Source: Candidatus Bathyarchaeota archaeon (GTDB taxonomy: Archaea > Thermoproteota > Bathyarchaeia > Bathyarchaeales > DTEX01). From it: 64,000 bases of DNA. The stretch is from contig CAVQNT010000004.1 in the NCBI GenBank assembly GCA_963714275.1, forward strand, positions 92,471-156,470, in the 5' to 3' direction. The notes under the pieces were generated by a model. That model saw nothing but the letters and a program-made list of their open reading frames with translations. It was not told the DNA's origin and searched no databases. How positions within the stretch are numbered: the first letter of the stretch is position 1; each line of letters opens with the position of its first letter. Of the stretch, positions 21,645-34,080 are shown in pieces. The translations under genes were made by a program, and so were the position numbers.

Positions 21645-22109
21645 ATGCTTTGGAGGGCCGCTTTTTGGGATTTAAAAGCTATTCACTATGAGCAGGTTTC
21701 AGTCAGCCAAGTGAAGGAAGCTGGTGCAGAGGGTGTCCGGGTAAGGTGGCTGATCAATAAAGAGAATGATGGCGTAGAAAATTTTGCTATGAGGCTATTC
21801 GAGATTACGCCTAGTGGGCATACTCCTGAGCATTCACATGATTGGGAACATGAGGTTTTTGTGCTCAAAGGTGGTGGAATTGTGTTTTGCGAGGGTTCTG
21901 AGAAACAGTTAAGACCAGGATATGTAGTTTTTGTGCCACCTAACGCTGTGCACCATTTCAAAAACAATGGAAAACAAATACTACGTTTTCTCTGCTTGAT
22001 TCCATACAGCTTAGTTAAACAATCTGAAAAATTATGGCACATGTCGTTTCATTTAGGCAAATGTTTCGTCTACATTATCAAAGACCCTTTAGAGGTTTTA
22101 TTCTTTTAA
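21645..22109 (+). CDS. Cupin-domain protein
   Basis: HTPEHSHDWEHEVFVLKG, VFVPPNAVHHF. Confidence 0.88.
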   Translation: MLWRAAFWDLKAIHYEQVSVSQVKEAGAEGVRVRWLINKENDGVENFAMRLFEITPSGHTPEHSHDWEHEVFVLKGGGIVFCEGSEKQLRPGYVVFVPPNAVHHFKNNGKQILRFLCLIPYSLVKQSEKLWHMSFHLGKCFVYIIKDPLEVLFF

Positions 22110-22509
22110 AAACTCTTTTACTCTTTTTAATACCTCATCGAGAGTAACGTAGACGTCTTCATCTGGAAACTCTGGATTTTTTTTGGTTCTTAGGATTATT
22201 ATGTAACCTTTCTCCATTTTTCCAATTGTTACTTCTTTTTGTAAATACATTTTACCTTCTTTTCGATAATACATGCTTTAATCCCGATAAAAAAAGTTTC
22301 TGCAAATTAACTAATTATACAATGTTATATATAAAAAAGGGAGAGAAGTTTGCGTCTTGCTGAAAGACTTATTGATATCTGACTTGGATAGTTCAAATAA
22401 CTCATATTACCAACATTTGGACATTATAATGATACATCACTTACGTTTTTGGAATATTTTTACTCCGTTGAACTCGCAGCCAGTGCTTCTCAGCCAGACT
22501 CCAAATGTT

Positions 22510-23005
22510 TTATGCACGACTATTCGAGCTGTCTGTCTTTAGATCGGCAAAATAACCGAATATCCACTCTTTGATGTCATCTCTTGTGCGTCGAAAGGCA
22601 GCAATCTTTTCCTCGTCACTTCCATCCACTTCGGAAGGATCACTGAAACCATGGTGGAGATAATGTTTTGCTCCAGGTAATGTCGTGTTAATTATCTCAG
22701 GTCTGCTATGAAGTATCGGTGAAGAGCAAAATGGACAGATCACTTTCGGGCTGCTCCTGCACACTGATACAACTACGTCAATATCCTTGTTTCGGAACTC
22801 TTCAATGCTCTTGGAAGTCTGCTTGGAAATATCTATCCCTATCTCAGCCATAACCTTAATGGCTAAGGGGATGAACCTGCGTCGGGCTTGAGCCTGCACT
22901 AAAAACTTCATACTTTTCACCAAAAAAATGCCTAAGCAACCCTTCAGCCATCTGCGATCGGGCTGAATTGTGAGTACACAAGAACAGGACTTTAATCTTA
23001 TTCAT
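22510..23005 (-). CDS. arsC: Arsenate reductase/LMW phosphatase family protein (frameshifted)
   Basis: [22 protein letters not shown] from 23005; [23 protein letters not shown]. Confidence 0.85.
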
Positions 23006-23278
23006 TTATTAATACCTTCCCTTTCGATGGTTTTTGGCGAAGGGGCAACAAGAAGAACCTTCTTCATGATCATAAACCACCCAAAACGTCAAGTTGAAAT
23101 ATATACAATTTTGTAACTTAACCCTTACGATACTAAAGAAATATATAAGATGATGGAAGTTTTTGATGTTACCAAACTGATTTTGAAAGCAAAATCATTG
23201 AAAGTTAATCAAAATTTTAAATCATTATTAAAACAAAAGAACTATTTAATTGTAGAAAAGACGAAAAAGAGGATCGGA

Positions 23279-25862
23279 ATGAAAGAGAAAAATAACAATG
23301 TAAAAAATCAATCAAGATTATTAAAAGTTAATTTGCCCATCCCATTTTACTGGTGGGCATTGCCGAAAGAAAAAATATTGGAAAGTCTACATGTCGATCC
23401 TAAGAATGGTCTATCAATCAAGCAAGTTCAAGAACACCGAGCGATTTTTGGTGCAAATGTCCTAAAGGAACTGAAACCCACGAGTATTTGGAGACTAGTA
23501 CTTGAAGGCATTAAACAGCCGATGATGGTTCTGCTACTATCAATCGCCGCTATTTCATTTATTTTCAGAGAACTTGTTGAAGGAGTGGTAATGATCTTTG
23601 TTGTCGCCGCATACATCTCGGTTGAGTTCATAAACAAGTTTCGATGCCGATCGCACCATGGCTCGGCTCAGAGAACTCACCCAACCCACCACCAAAGTCA
23701 TTCGAGAAGGCAAGGAACAGGAGATTCCCACAGCAGATGTGGTTGTTGGCGATCTGATAATACTCTCTGCTGGCGTTCGCGTCGCAGCTGATGCCCGGCT
23801 AATAGAATCAAGCGGTCTACTAGTGAATGAAGCCTCGCTGACAGGTGAATCACAGCCAGTAAGAAAAGAAGCTGGAGCGGAAGTTGCCGAAAAATCAAAT
23901 ATTGCTGAAAGGGTCAACTCTGTTTTCTCTGGTACAACAGTTTTTGACGGTGAAGGAAAGGCAGTTGTCTTGGCGGTTGGCGAGAAAAGTGAGCTCGGAA
24001 AAATTGCAGAAGAAGTAGGAACAGCTCAGAAAGAGCAGACGCCATTGCAGCAAGCGATGACAAGACTTGTGAAGAACCTAGCACTGTTCGTGGTCATTGT
24101 CAGTGCCATAATTCCAGCTAATCGGTTTTCTGCGCGGGCTTGACTTGCAGCAGATGGTGTTAACGTGGCTAGCCCTCACGTTTCTCATGGTGCCTGGTCA
24201 ACCTCCAGTTATCATTACGATGGCATTGGCCCTCGCCTCTTTTGAGCTGGCAAGAAAGAATGTTGTAGTGAAGCGTCTACGAGGCGCTGAGACACTTGGG
24301 ATCAGTAACATCGATTGTTACTGATAAGACTGGTACGTTAACTGAAAACAGGATGAGAGTTGAGAAATTCATTCTTGCCAGATGGAGAAGAGGTAGCCCC
24401 ACAAAAAATGCCTCAAGAACTTAAAGAAAAAATTTCACTTGCTCTTCCCGAATACCTCAATGACCCCACTGATGAAGCTGTAGCGCAGATACTTGAAAAG
24501 ACTTCACGAGAGAGAAGCAAAGCCCACTCTCCTTTGAAGGGTTTTCGGAAGGGCATCCATGGCGTACTCTAATCTACAAAAGTAGTGAGGGTTATGTTCA
24601 TGCAGTTGCTGGAAAACCAGAACTTCTAATCGAGTCCTCAACACTTAACTTTGAGAGAAAAGAACGATTGGGAAAAATCGTTACAGTCGAAGGCGATTTG
24701 GGGAAGAGGGTCGTTGCATATGCCACATTTGAATCAGAGATCCCAAAAAAGGACAAACTTGAAGGGATAGATTTCTTAGCATTGGCAGTGCTTGAAGACC
24801 CTGTTCGCGAAGGTGCGAAGGAAGCAGTTGCTGTTCTTACAGATGCTGGTATCAAAACCTATATTGTAACTGGAGATCATCCAGCGACTACAAAAGCCGT
24901 AGCAGAGAAAATAGGGCTGGCTGGGAAAATTGTTACAGGCGATCAACTAGAGAAAATGGATGAGAAGGAACTTGACGAGGTAATCCAGTCAGTTCGCCTT
25001 TTTGCTCGTACGTCGCCTCTGCAGAAACTCCGCCTAGTCAAGGCTCTTCAATCGCAAGGAGAAGAGGTGGCGGTGATAGGAGATGGCGTCAACGACGCTC
25101 CTGCAATCAAATCTGCCAATGTGGGCGTGGCGATGGGTGAGATTGGAACTGACCTTGCTAAAGAGACAGCGGATCTTGTACTGACTGATGACAATTATGT
25201 CCATATCCGTGATGGAGTCGCTATTGGAAGGAAGGCGATTGACAATTTCCGAAAAGGGTTGACGTACTACCTTTCGGCAAAAGCAATTCTCCTCTCTGTC
25301 TTCATCGTTCCTCTGGCTCTGGGTATTCCTTTCCCATTTGCACCGATTCACATTATTTTGATTGAGCTTTTGATGGATTTGGCCTCATCAACAATATTTG
25401 TCACCGAGGTCGCTGAACCAGACGTTTTGAAGCGCCACCCCCAGAAGATAGACGAGTATCTAAAACGCTCTATTTTGTTAAAGAATCTTTCAGAACGGAG
25501 TGGGTCTTGCAATAGGGATTTTGGCGATTTATCTTTCACTCTATCTTCCAGACTAGGAAATGTTGTTTTGGCACAGACAGCTGCTTTCGTAACGTGGCTT
25601 CTAGGACATATCTTTCTAGCGCTTAATTTGAAGCAGGAAAAGGTGTCGCTTCTTGAAACAGGGGATTTTCTCCAACCGCTTTGGCACTTTCTGGCTTCTG
25701 AGCATGGTTGTACTGACTATCTCAATAACCAATGTTGCCCCTGTTTTCCCATATATCAAGACAACTTCGCTTACCTCTATTAATATGGTCGGAGATCTTG
25801 TTTATTGTTATTGTTTCGACATTTTGGATCGAGACTCCGAAGCTGATGCGACTAGGTTTTAG
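23279..25862 (+). CDS. Cation-transporting P-type ATPase (multiply frameshifted)
   Basis: LTGES, DKTGT near 24323, TGDH, GDGVNDAPA. Confidence 0.88.
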
Positions 25863-26014
25863 TAAGCGCACATTACAATAAGTTTATTTCGGGCTAACTC
25901 GAAATCCCGTATTTACCATTCTCTTATCTATGATTAATTTTTCACTGTTGTCTTTGAAGTGGAAATTGTGATATACGGATCGTTTACAATATTCTGAAAT
26001 GTAAGCGCGCATAC

Positions 26015-26818
26015 ATGTTGAATATTATGGAATTGAAACAGACTCTGAACCTGTTTGATGCCACTTCCATCGGCATTGGAGCCATAATAGGTGCAGGAAT
26101 CTTTGTTGTATTAGGCTTAACTACGGGTTACGCCGGTCCATCTGTCATCATTTCGATGATAATTGCTGGCGTTGTAGCCTCTTTTACTGCTTTCAGTTTT
26201 GCTGAGTTAGGCTCAGCAATTCCGAGAGAAGGAGGCGCCTATGCGTACGCATACGAATTGATCTCTCCCTTTGTGGCTTTCGTGGTAGGCTGTTTATGGA
26301 TGTTCGCACAGGTAGTAGCGGGAGCAGCGATAAACCTAGGATTTGCAGGTTATTTCGTAACTATATTCCCTGTTAGCGTTCTCTTGACTAACCTTATAGG
26401 TCTGTCCAGAGTCTCATTTGCGATGGCTAGGGATGGTCAGACTCCGAAAACTGCGGCAAAGATATCGTCAAGGTTAGGAACGCCGTATATTTCCATCCTT
26501 ATTATGGGTGCAATGACAGTCTCTGTTGCCGCTCGTTTTAGATTTGAAGCAAATAGTAGCAATGACAAGTTTCGGGATTTTATCTACGCATGTCGTCGTA
26601 AACCTTTCAGCAATAAGCCTTAGAAAGAAAATGCTGCATTCAACTACGTTTAGAACTCCGCTTTACCATTAATTCCCTTTTTAGGTATCACTAGTTGCAT
26701 TATCCTTATGTTTTCCTTACCTGAAGAATCTTGGATTGTTGCATTAGTAATCGTAGCTTCCAGTGCTGGTTTCTATTATCTAAGATCAAAGTGGAGACTT
26801 AAGGGGGCGACTTTAGCA
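26015..26818 (+). pseudogene. APC amino-acid permease, internally deleted or frameshifted
   Basis: GAIIGAGIF, AELGSAIPREGGAY, then a jump to SRVSFAMARDG; too short for the family. Confidence 0.7.
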
Positions 26819-26838
26819 TAAAGAATCTTTGAACATTA

Positions 26839-27262
26839 CTATTCCGAGGTTGCTTCAAACTCGACTTTTAGCGGTATTGGCTCCTTAAATATTGACAGTA
26901 CGGGACAGTTTGCTTCTGTTCTTCTCCATGCTGCATCCAACAGTTCCTTTCTTGCCTTTGCAGAAGTATGTACTTTAATGGTCACGCCGGTCAATTTTGG
27001 TGAATCAGCAGTTCTCGGCTTCTGCCACTGCCTCCAGTCTGATGATCTCAATATTGCTTTTTTTGCACACATCCGCAAATATCGTCACTGCACAATCAGC
27101 TAGAGACATCACGGCTAACTCCACGGCTGTGGGACCGCTGTCACTACCACCTTGGGCAGTTGTAAGATCGCAGACCACACAATGTGTCCTAGAATTATCA
27201 ACAACAGTACGAACGTTGTCGACCAATTTAGACTGTTGCTTTATAATTTGGCATTTTCTCAC
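26839..27262 (-). CDS. OsmC family protein (frameshifted)
   Basis: GGSDSGPTAVELAVMSLADC and EANCPV in two frames. Confidence 0.85.
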
Positions 27263-27526
27263 CGTGAATATCTAAGTCGTCCCCCAAATTTAAGAGTTTT
27301 GCGGTTCGAAACACAATTCTTGAAAAACACCTCAATCAGCCACACATATCTAAACCATAGGACGAAGAGATCTTGCGAGTATAACATCTGAAACATGTAA
27401 TGCCATTTTTAAAAGTCTTAAAAAAAGAATTGAATTAGCTGGCTATTACGATACGAGGTTTGCCAAGATAAATTAATGAAATGTTATATGTGAAAAGACG
27501 GCATGACCTTAATGGTTTGAGCCCTC

Positions 27527-28591
27527 ATGATAAACGTGAAATACTATCCAAGCAACGTTTTTAGAGAGAGGGGCATCTTTCAGCAGTCAGTGAACTTCGA
27601 GTTCAGATGTCATATTGCTTCAGAGCGAAGTGCTGTCATCGAGAAAATTTTGGCGGAAGGATTTGACGAGAATGACCATTGCATTTTCAGTCTTTTCGTT
27701 GATAGTATTGCTATGTCACCGTCAGTAGAGATTGTTCCCGAAGGAAAAATGGAACCTGGAAAGACGCTTGAGATTTTCAATCCGATAGCGGAAATACCTT
27801 TGGAATATGAGTTTGAACGAATAGACTTTTCTTTGAGGTTCATAAGCGAAGATGCCACCAATTTAAGAGCAGGAGTTACTGTCAAGCCCGTCGTTTATGA
27901 GCAGAAGGTTCTTCTCGATCTCCCGTTTAGAGGTACTTGCCTCGTTACTGATGGCCACGATTTTCTTGCTCATCATCGACGCATTCCTCTCTTGAACCAA
28001 TACCTCGAGAAGACTGACCTGACGGCTAACAACGTCAGATTTGCATACGACTTCACGGTGGCTGACTCTGAAGGAAAAGTCTACAAGGGAGATGGTTCAA
28101 GATTAGAGGATTTCTATGGTTGGGGCAACCCAGTCCTAGCCCCAGGTGATGGAAAAATAGTTTCTGCAGCACACGATAAAGCTGATAATCCCGCCTTTCG
28201 TGGCTTACCTCCTATTGCACCTGAACAGTATGAACGCCTCCGCACACAGGCGCTTGAACACCTAGAGAGCGTCGGCTTGGAGGGGCTCCATGGCAACCAC
28301 GTCATCATAGACCACGGCAACAGTGAGTTCAGCCTGATAGACCACATGCAGAAAGACTCAGTTAAGGTTGAGGTTGGAGACGAAGTGACGAAAGGCACCG
28401 TTTTAGGAAACATAGGGAACTCTGGAAATAGCGTGACTCCTCATATCCATTACGGACTCCAGAATGGCTTAGACAGTCGCACCTCCGAAGGTTTACCAAG
28501 CAGGTTCAAAGAGTTCGAGCTGTTACTAGGAAATACTGCTAAAAGAATCCAGAATCTATGCCCGAATACTGGAATGATTGTGAAACACTGA
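27527..28591 (+). CDS. M23 family metallopeptidase
   Basis: FAYDF, PVLAPGDG, GNHVIIDHG, GNSGNSVTPHIHY. Confidence 0.88.
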   Translation: MINVKYYPSNVFRERGIFQQSVNFEFRCHIASERSAVIEKILAEGFDENDHCIFSLFVDSIAMSPSVEIVPEGKMEPGKTLEIFNPIAEIPLEYEFERIDFSLRFISEDATNLRAGVTVKPVVYEQKVLLDLPFRGTCLVTDGHDFLAHHRRIPLLNQYLEKTDLTANNVRFAYDFTVADSEGKVYKGDGSRLEDFYGWGNPVLAPGDGKIVSAAHDKADNPAFRGLPPIAPEQYERLRTQALEHLESVGLEGLHGNHVIIDHGNSEFSLIDHMQKDSVKVEVGDEVTKGTVLGNIGNSGNSVTPHIHYGLQNGLDSRTSEGLPSRFKEFELLLGNTAKRIQNLCPNTGMIVKH

Positions 28592-28655
28592 TGGTGGTTG
28601 GTTGAGGTATAGTTTTTAAAAGAAGATTTTAATTAGCGGAACTAGATTTAACATT

Positions 28656-29486
28656 ATGGAAAATACAAGGGAGACTGTACTAAAGGCATCTCGTGCTTAT
28701 TATGCTCATTTGGCCTATTACGAAGACCTCTTGGCTCAGCGATCCCGACGAGCTGCTGAAGCCACAAAACGTGAGCTCGACTTTCTTGAATCTGCCTTCC
28801 GTGCTCATGCTACCCATCAAGTCAGGGATGTGCTTGATGTTGCGTGCGGAAACGGCCGACACATAGTCGGGTTGGCGCACCGTAGTTACCAATGCACTGG
28901 ACTAGACTTCACTCCTGAACGAGTGGAGATAGCTGAAGCTAGAGCTAACCGTGAGAGGGTTTCTGTTAAACTGTTGCGGGGTGATGCCACGAGACTGAAG
29001 TATGAGAATGAGTTTGACGCAGCGCTTGCACTCTACATACTCTTTCTTTTGCCAGACGATGATGATGTATTGAAAAGTCTACAGCAGATTCACCGAGCCT
29101 TAAAACCGGGAGGTGTATTAATCTGCAACATTGGCAACCCTTTCTATGATGGAAAGGATTGGTTTTCTCTCAAGGAGATCCATAAAGGACATAGAGTTAG
29201 TGAAAGGCGTGTTCGTGGCATACGATTTACGACTATAGATCGAATCCAAGACTTTGACCCGGTTCATGGTGTGGCTTGGTGGCAGGAGAAGAGTATAATT
29301 GAGGCTCCCGACGGCATACACATTTTCCGAGACCGCGAACGCCTGCGACTCTTCACTTACTGGGACATTCTTCACTATCTTCATGAAGCTGGATTCAAGG
29401 AGATCAAGTGCTACCCTGATTGGCAGATTAAGCCACGTAAAAAACCCAAGAAGGAAAAGTTAATCTTCGTTTCCCGAAAAGACTAA
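28656..29486 (+). CDS. Class I SAM-dependent methyltransferase
   Basis: VLDVACGNGRH, GDA, ALKPGG. Confidence 0.92.
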   Translation: MENTRETVLKASRAYYAHLAYYEDLLAQRSRRAAEATKRELDFLESAFRAHATHQVRDVLDVACGNGRHIVGLAHRSYQCTGLDFTPERVEIAEARANRERVSVKLLRGDATRLKYENEFDAALALYILFLLPDDDDVLKSLQQIHRALKPGGVLICNIGNPFYDGKDWFSLKEIHKGHRVSERRVRGIRFTTIDRIQDFDPVHGVAWWQEKSIIEAPDGIHIFRDRERLRLFTYWDILHYLHEAGFKEIKCYPDWQIKPRKKPKKEKLIFVSRKD

Positions 29487-29511
29487 CATTTTTTTTGGGA
29501 TTTGGGCTTAG

Positions 29512-29524
29512 GATTAAATTTAAT
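29512..29524. repeat. Degenerate copy of the TSD-like palindromic core
   Basis: GATTAAATTTAAT with G-rich left arm and C/A-rich right arm. Confidence 0.65.
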
Positions 29525-29677
29525 ACATACCACTACCCGTAGTGAGCTTAGCTGAGCTTCTATATAGAACACATATATATATATTTAATACTTATTGCCA
29601 TGTCAAGAAGATTTAATAAATCATTAAGCTATTTTTATGATACATCAAATTTTTTCATCATTTAGGAAGATAGGCTT

Positions 29678-29986
29678 ATGAGTGAGGTTTTAACCCCAAT
29701 CGTCTATCAGATGGGAATTGGTGGAATTTTAGGATTCTTCAGCGGATACGCTGTCAAAAAAATCGCAAAGATCATTGCTGTCCTCATTGGCTTAGGAGCT
29801 CTTCTACTCATCTATTTAGGCTACGAAGGAATCATCACCATCAATTATGACAAGTCTATCTCAGATGATTCAGAACCTAATGGGAACAGTAGCCAAGCCT
29901 CAATTGCTTTGACACCGATAATTGCGAACCTGCCCTTCGCTGGAAGCTTCATCGCGGGCGTAGCAGTCGGCGCAAAACTTGGATAG
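29678..29986 (+). CDS. FUN14-like membrane protein
   Basis: QMGIGGILGFFSGYAVKK, LPFAGSF. Confidence 0.8.
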   Translation: MSEVLTPIVYQMGIGGILGFFSGYAVKKIAKIIAVLIGLGALLLIYLGYEGIITINYDKSISDDSEPNGNSSQASIALTPIIANLPFAGSFIAGVAVGAKLG

Positions 29987-30244
29987 CAAATTAGGGGACA
30001 AAATCATGAACAGCGAAATACCTCAGTCACTACAGGTTATCCCCTATGTCTTGCTGGTTCAAACTAATCGAGAAAGATGGAAAAGAGCAGTCTGCAAGAA
30101 GCTGCTTTCAGTTATAGAATTTCTAAGTTAAATTGCAGGTAACAATCTAATTCCCAAACCCAATCTTTCTTGTTCTTTCTTTTATTCATGTTTTTTTACG
30201 ATAAGCTTTTATGAACATGCAACGAGTGAATTACTAGGAGAAGT

Positions 30245-30595
30245 TTGAAAATGTTTCTTGCTTCGAAATACTATATTAAGGCGGAAAAAACGGCTGAATT
30301 CCAGAAATGGCTCCTTTCTGACGACGCAAAGGACCTTATCAAGAAATTTGAAAAGGAAACAGGCTTCAAATACATTGACACATACTTCCCCATTCTTGGA
30401 TTTGGCGATGATGCTATTGTCGACTGGTATGAAATTCCCAATTGGGCTACTTTAGACAAGGTAAGGACGTCAAAAACTATGCAAGAGATGTCTGATAAGA
30501 CATGGGACTTCATGGATAATACGAGGTTTGTTTCAAGCGTGGTATATCGAGCAACTAGCGATGTTCAAGTCTTTGCCCCACCTAAGAAAAAATAA
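30245..30595 (+). CDS. Hypothetical protein
   Basis: 116 aa, GGAG RBS before a TTG start. Confidence 0.65.
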   Translation: MKMFLASKYYIKAEKTAEFQKWLLSDDAKDLIKKFEKETGFKYIDTYFPILGFGDDAIVDWYEIPNWATLDKVRTSKTMQEMSDKTWDFMDNTRFVSSVVYRATSDVQVFAPPKKK

Positions 30596-30627
30596 TCCAC
30601 CCCATTTCTCTTTTTGTGCGTGTGTGC

Positions 30628-30640
30628 ATTAAAATTAATC
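30628..30640. repeat. Degenerate core copy
   Basis: ATTAAAATTAATC, flanked by TTTTTGTGCGTGTG and TTTTTCTCTC, both resembling TIR parts. Confidence 0.65.
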
Positions 30641-31456
30641 TTTTTCTCTCAGACTATAGACTATCGATAAGTTTTTGAGCGAATCATATATAGAAGCCTA
30701 TTATCTGGGTGATTTTGAATGTCTGAAGGCGAAAAGGATTATTCTGATTTCATTAGTCACTTGGGAAGTATGAGTCACATTTTTTTTATTTTTTACAGGC
30801 TTTACTTTGACAGTGCTCGTAATATTCATCACTGGATTTTCTGACCCAAGCCCATTATTAATACAAGTTACATTGTTTCTCCTGTGTTTTCTACTTGATT
30901 TGTTTATCTTCTTACTGGGATGGATAAGCAACCTTGACATCTATTACATCAAAGACATACCTCCATACACAAAAGGAATGAGGATATGTAAGCTTTCTCG
31001 AATACTTAGGCATCAGCCTATTTGGCATAATAGTAGCTTTATTGTTTATTTTCTACAACCTTATTTTTCTGGCTTCAGCATCATTTACAATGTTTGCAGT
31101 TTTTCTCATCTTGAGTTACTTCTATATAACGAAACCACAAATGGAAATACGGAAAAAACAATCCTCAAAATCTAACCAGTAAAAATATTTTTATTTAGTG
31201 AGCTAGGCAATTATAAACAAGTTGCTTATATTAGTGAGTTGGCTGAACGGTTCGGGGTGAACCTATGACCACAGTAATGTTTGGTCTTGAATTTGTTCTT
31301 TTCCTAATTTGTTTGTTCATTTTCCTTTCTTCAATCATTGAGGTCTTCAATTATTATAGGGAACAGAAAGAAAGAAAAAAAAGTCAGAGGAAAAGATAAA
31401 ACAATTAGAGGAAACGTTGAAGCGATTAGAGAATGCCGACTCTTAAACTTTCGTGG

Positions 31457-31549
31457 TCAGAGTTGAACAATTCTTGGAATCCATGTTTCTCGTTCGCCAC
31501 GAAGGTATTTAGCGAACAAAAGAGCCTCTTCACAAATTAGCGTTTCAAG
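31457..31549 (-). pseudogene. cas1: cas1 3'-end remnant 2
   Basis: Translates LETLICEEALLFAKYLRGERETWIPRIVQL*; begins exactly at the junction motif AGCTCAGCTAG (31548-31558). Confidence 0.9.
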
Positions 31550-31783
31550 CTCAGCTAGTCTTTATACTAGCTTCATAAGTCTAAAATAGGGTGCATCTCA
31601 CACTTCAGAGGTAAATGTGATGTCAGTTATGACCACCTTGAAGGCGGAAATAGTGGAAAGAGATCTGAGGCTTAAAGCCAAGAAGTTTTGTAGTCTCGCA
31701 GATACATGCCTACACATAGGTCGGAACGAATGTGCTCAATGCCTTCAAAGCTCTCTTAAAGTTATTCTTCCTCCCCAGACTAC

Positions 31784-32524
31784 CTAAGTCAGCTTAGCTG
31801 AGGTGCTCAGTGAATCCAAGCCATCTTTTTGGAAATTTTGAATCTGTTTAATTTGAACATCGATCTTCAAAATTTCTTCCCGATTGTGTTGCATGCTTTT
31901 TTTAGCGTCTTCTTTGTTTCTTTCAAGCTTCGGTAGTAGATTAGCAATCTCTTCAATCTTCTTTCTTTTTTCTACTATCTCTTTTTCTAAAAGCTTCTTT
32001 TTTTCAAGTTTTTCTTGTATGTCATTTTGAAGGCTTTCATTTTCATCTTCTAGCTTTGGAAAAAGCTCGGTTACTTCAGTGATTCTTTCTTGCATCTGAT
32101 CAATATCTTTCTCTAAAAATTCTTTTTTTTCATCGAGTTTTGGAATTGACTCCGATATTGACTCGATCTTTGTCTTTATTCCCTCTCTAATTCTCTCATA
32201 CTCACCTAATATGTTTTTTAGCTGCGCTAACGTCTTATTTACATCCGTATTATCACGTATAATTTTTTCCCCGGATTTTTGAGCATTAAGAATCCCTTCT
32301 ATCAGCTCCTCTTTATGCCCCTTCTTTGAGATTCCGAGGCTAGAAGCCATCTTCCACAGTTCAGGCATCGACATCTGTAAGAATTTTTCTCTTTCAGAAG
32401 GTTTATTGGACATCTGAGGCTGTTCTTCATATTCTTGTTGCTCAGCTTCGTCCAACCATCTTTCCATATTTCTTTCAGTAGCATCCATTTGCTCTTCAGA
32501 CTTTTTTTCCTTAAATAAACCCAT
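31784..32524 (-). CDS. Coiled-coil protein with SAP/Rho-N-like helical motif
   Basis: MSMPELWKMASSLGISKKGHKEELIEGI followed by long heptad repeats. Confidence 0.7.
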   Translation of the reverse strand: MGLFKEKKSEEQMDATERNMERWLDEAEQQEYEEQPQMSNKPSEREKFLQMSMPELWKMASSLGISKKGHKEELIEGILNAQKSGEKIIRDNTDVNKTLAQLKNILGEYERIREGIKTKIESISESIPKLDEKKEFLEKDIDQMQERITEVTELFPKLEDENESLQNDIQEKLEKKKLLEKEIVEKRKKIEEIANLLPKLERNKEDAKKSMQHNREEILKIDVQIKQIQNFQKDGLDSLSTSAKLT

Positions 32525-32957
32525 TTATATCGCCTACGCTGACATTAAATAAAAAAAGATATTAGAATTATGAATACAGAGTAAGTATTCACACACCATA
32601 TTTCAAAAAATGTAATATTTATATGAAATATACATTTTATCAAGATATATAAAACCTAGAAAAGTAAAATAAAAATCCAGAAGCTCAGCTAGTTAGAAAA
32701 ATTTTTACCAAACTTAGACATTAACGAAAGACCTTGTTTATAGACTCTTTTTACATTGAAGTTCCTGTCGAAATGAACCTTAATCACTTCACAATCGGGA
32801 TTTGGACATATAAAATCTCGTTTCTGTCTACGTAATATTGAGCCGCACGATGGGCATTTTGGCTCAGCCTTTCTCAATTTTAAAACCCCATAAATGGAAT
32901 GAAACAAAGGATATTAGGGTTTCGAACATTAGCAAGCTAGTATTTAGGAAGGAAGGA

Positions 32958-32970
32958 ATTAAAATTTAAT
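32958..32970. repeat. Core copy, reverse orientation
   Basis: ATTAAAATTTAAT with GGAAGGAAGG and GCACACCACCAACC arms. Confidence 0.7.
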
Positions 32971-33428
32971 GCACACCACCAACCACCCAAGGTGTCGGGC
33001 CTAAAAAGGACTGATGTCTGGACGAAATTACAAAGCCTATGCATGGTAACTATGCATTTTTTGTTTTATTAAGTATCGTAGACTGATCTGATCTGTGTAA
33101 CAACCGATTTTCATTTTTGTGTAACAAACTGTAAATCGTAAAGACCTATCTGATTTGTTCATCATTCGAGTTTCAATTTTGAACAACAAACCATAATCCG
33201 AGAAGACCTGTCTGTTTTATGGCGCATTCATCCAGTTGTCTTGGGGCGCAAACCTTACCTGTTCCGTGAGGTGCAAAAGTTATTTTTTTATAAAGGCTGG
33301 CGTATTTTTTTGGGTTTGGGGGGCGCTGAGATTTTTATCTGTATTATTCCATTTTTGTTCGGTTGAGCTAAGCCGCCTTTTTTGGAGATAGCCATTCTCT
33401 GTTGACTCTGTCTAGATTCTTCTTTTTT

Positions 33429-33791
33429 TCAAAAAAGGCTTTTTTTTAGGCGTTCATACTCTTCTTCTAAACATTTATTTTTGATTTTCTTTGCGAATGT
33501 TGCAGTTTGCTCAAATGCTTTTGTCACGTTTTCGCAGGGGTAGTTCTTGCATTTTCCGCAGTTTTCGACACCTTTCTTCAATGCGCATTCTCGAACATAC
33601 ATTCTGTCACACTTTGTTCGCGAGAAACAGCCGGCGCAGGCCAGCTCTTCCGGTGGCACTATTTTGTTTCGGTAGCCAACTCTATACCACAAAGCTGCAA
33701 CTTTTTTTAATTGTTTCACATCACCACTTTGGGTTGCGACGTATCTTGGGCAAACGTTGCAGTCGTCGCCACAAAAACCCAACTTCTGCAT
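33429..33791 (-). CDS. DUF3795-like cysteine-rich protein
   Basis: CGDDCNVCP, CAGC, CGKCKNYPC. Confidence 0.8.
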   Translation of the reverse strand: MQKLGFCGDDCNVCPRYVATQSGDVKQLKKVAALWYRVGYRNKIVPPEELACAGCFSRTKCDRMYVRECALKKGVENCGKCKNYPCENVTKAFEQTATFAKKIKNKCLEEEYERLKKSLF

Positions 33792-34021
33792 AAACCTTCC
33801 TTTCCCATGATTCGTGTGTCTTCTAATTAACTTGTTGTATTTTTAAGTATAATTTTTCTTTATAAAGCAAGAAGCTAAGTGAGCTTAAAAATAAGAAGTG
33901 TTTAAGTTTTCGTAACGAAAAACCAAAACAAAAAAGTGAATTAGATGACGTATAAGCGAAGTAATAGAGAATCCCGAAAGACGCATCGAAGACACCCTAA
34001 AAAGAAGGAAAAAAGCTGAGC

Positions 34022-34080
34022 TAGGGAGAGGAAGTATTATAAAAATTCTTAGTTGGGTAATGAAGGGTTGCGAATACTAG
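34022..34080 (+). repeat. 59-bp promoter-like module, copy 1
   Basis: About 3 differences from 46620-46677; contains TATTATAAAA. Confidence 0.85.
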
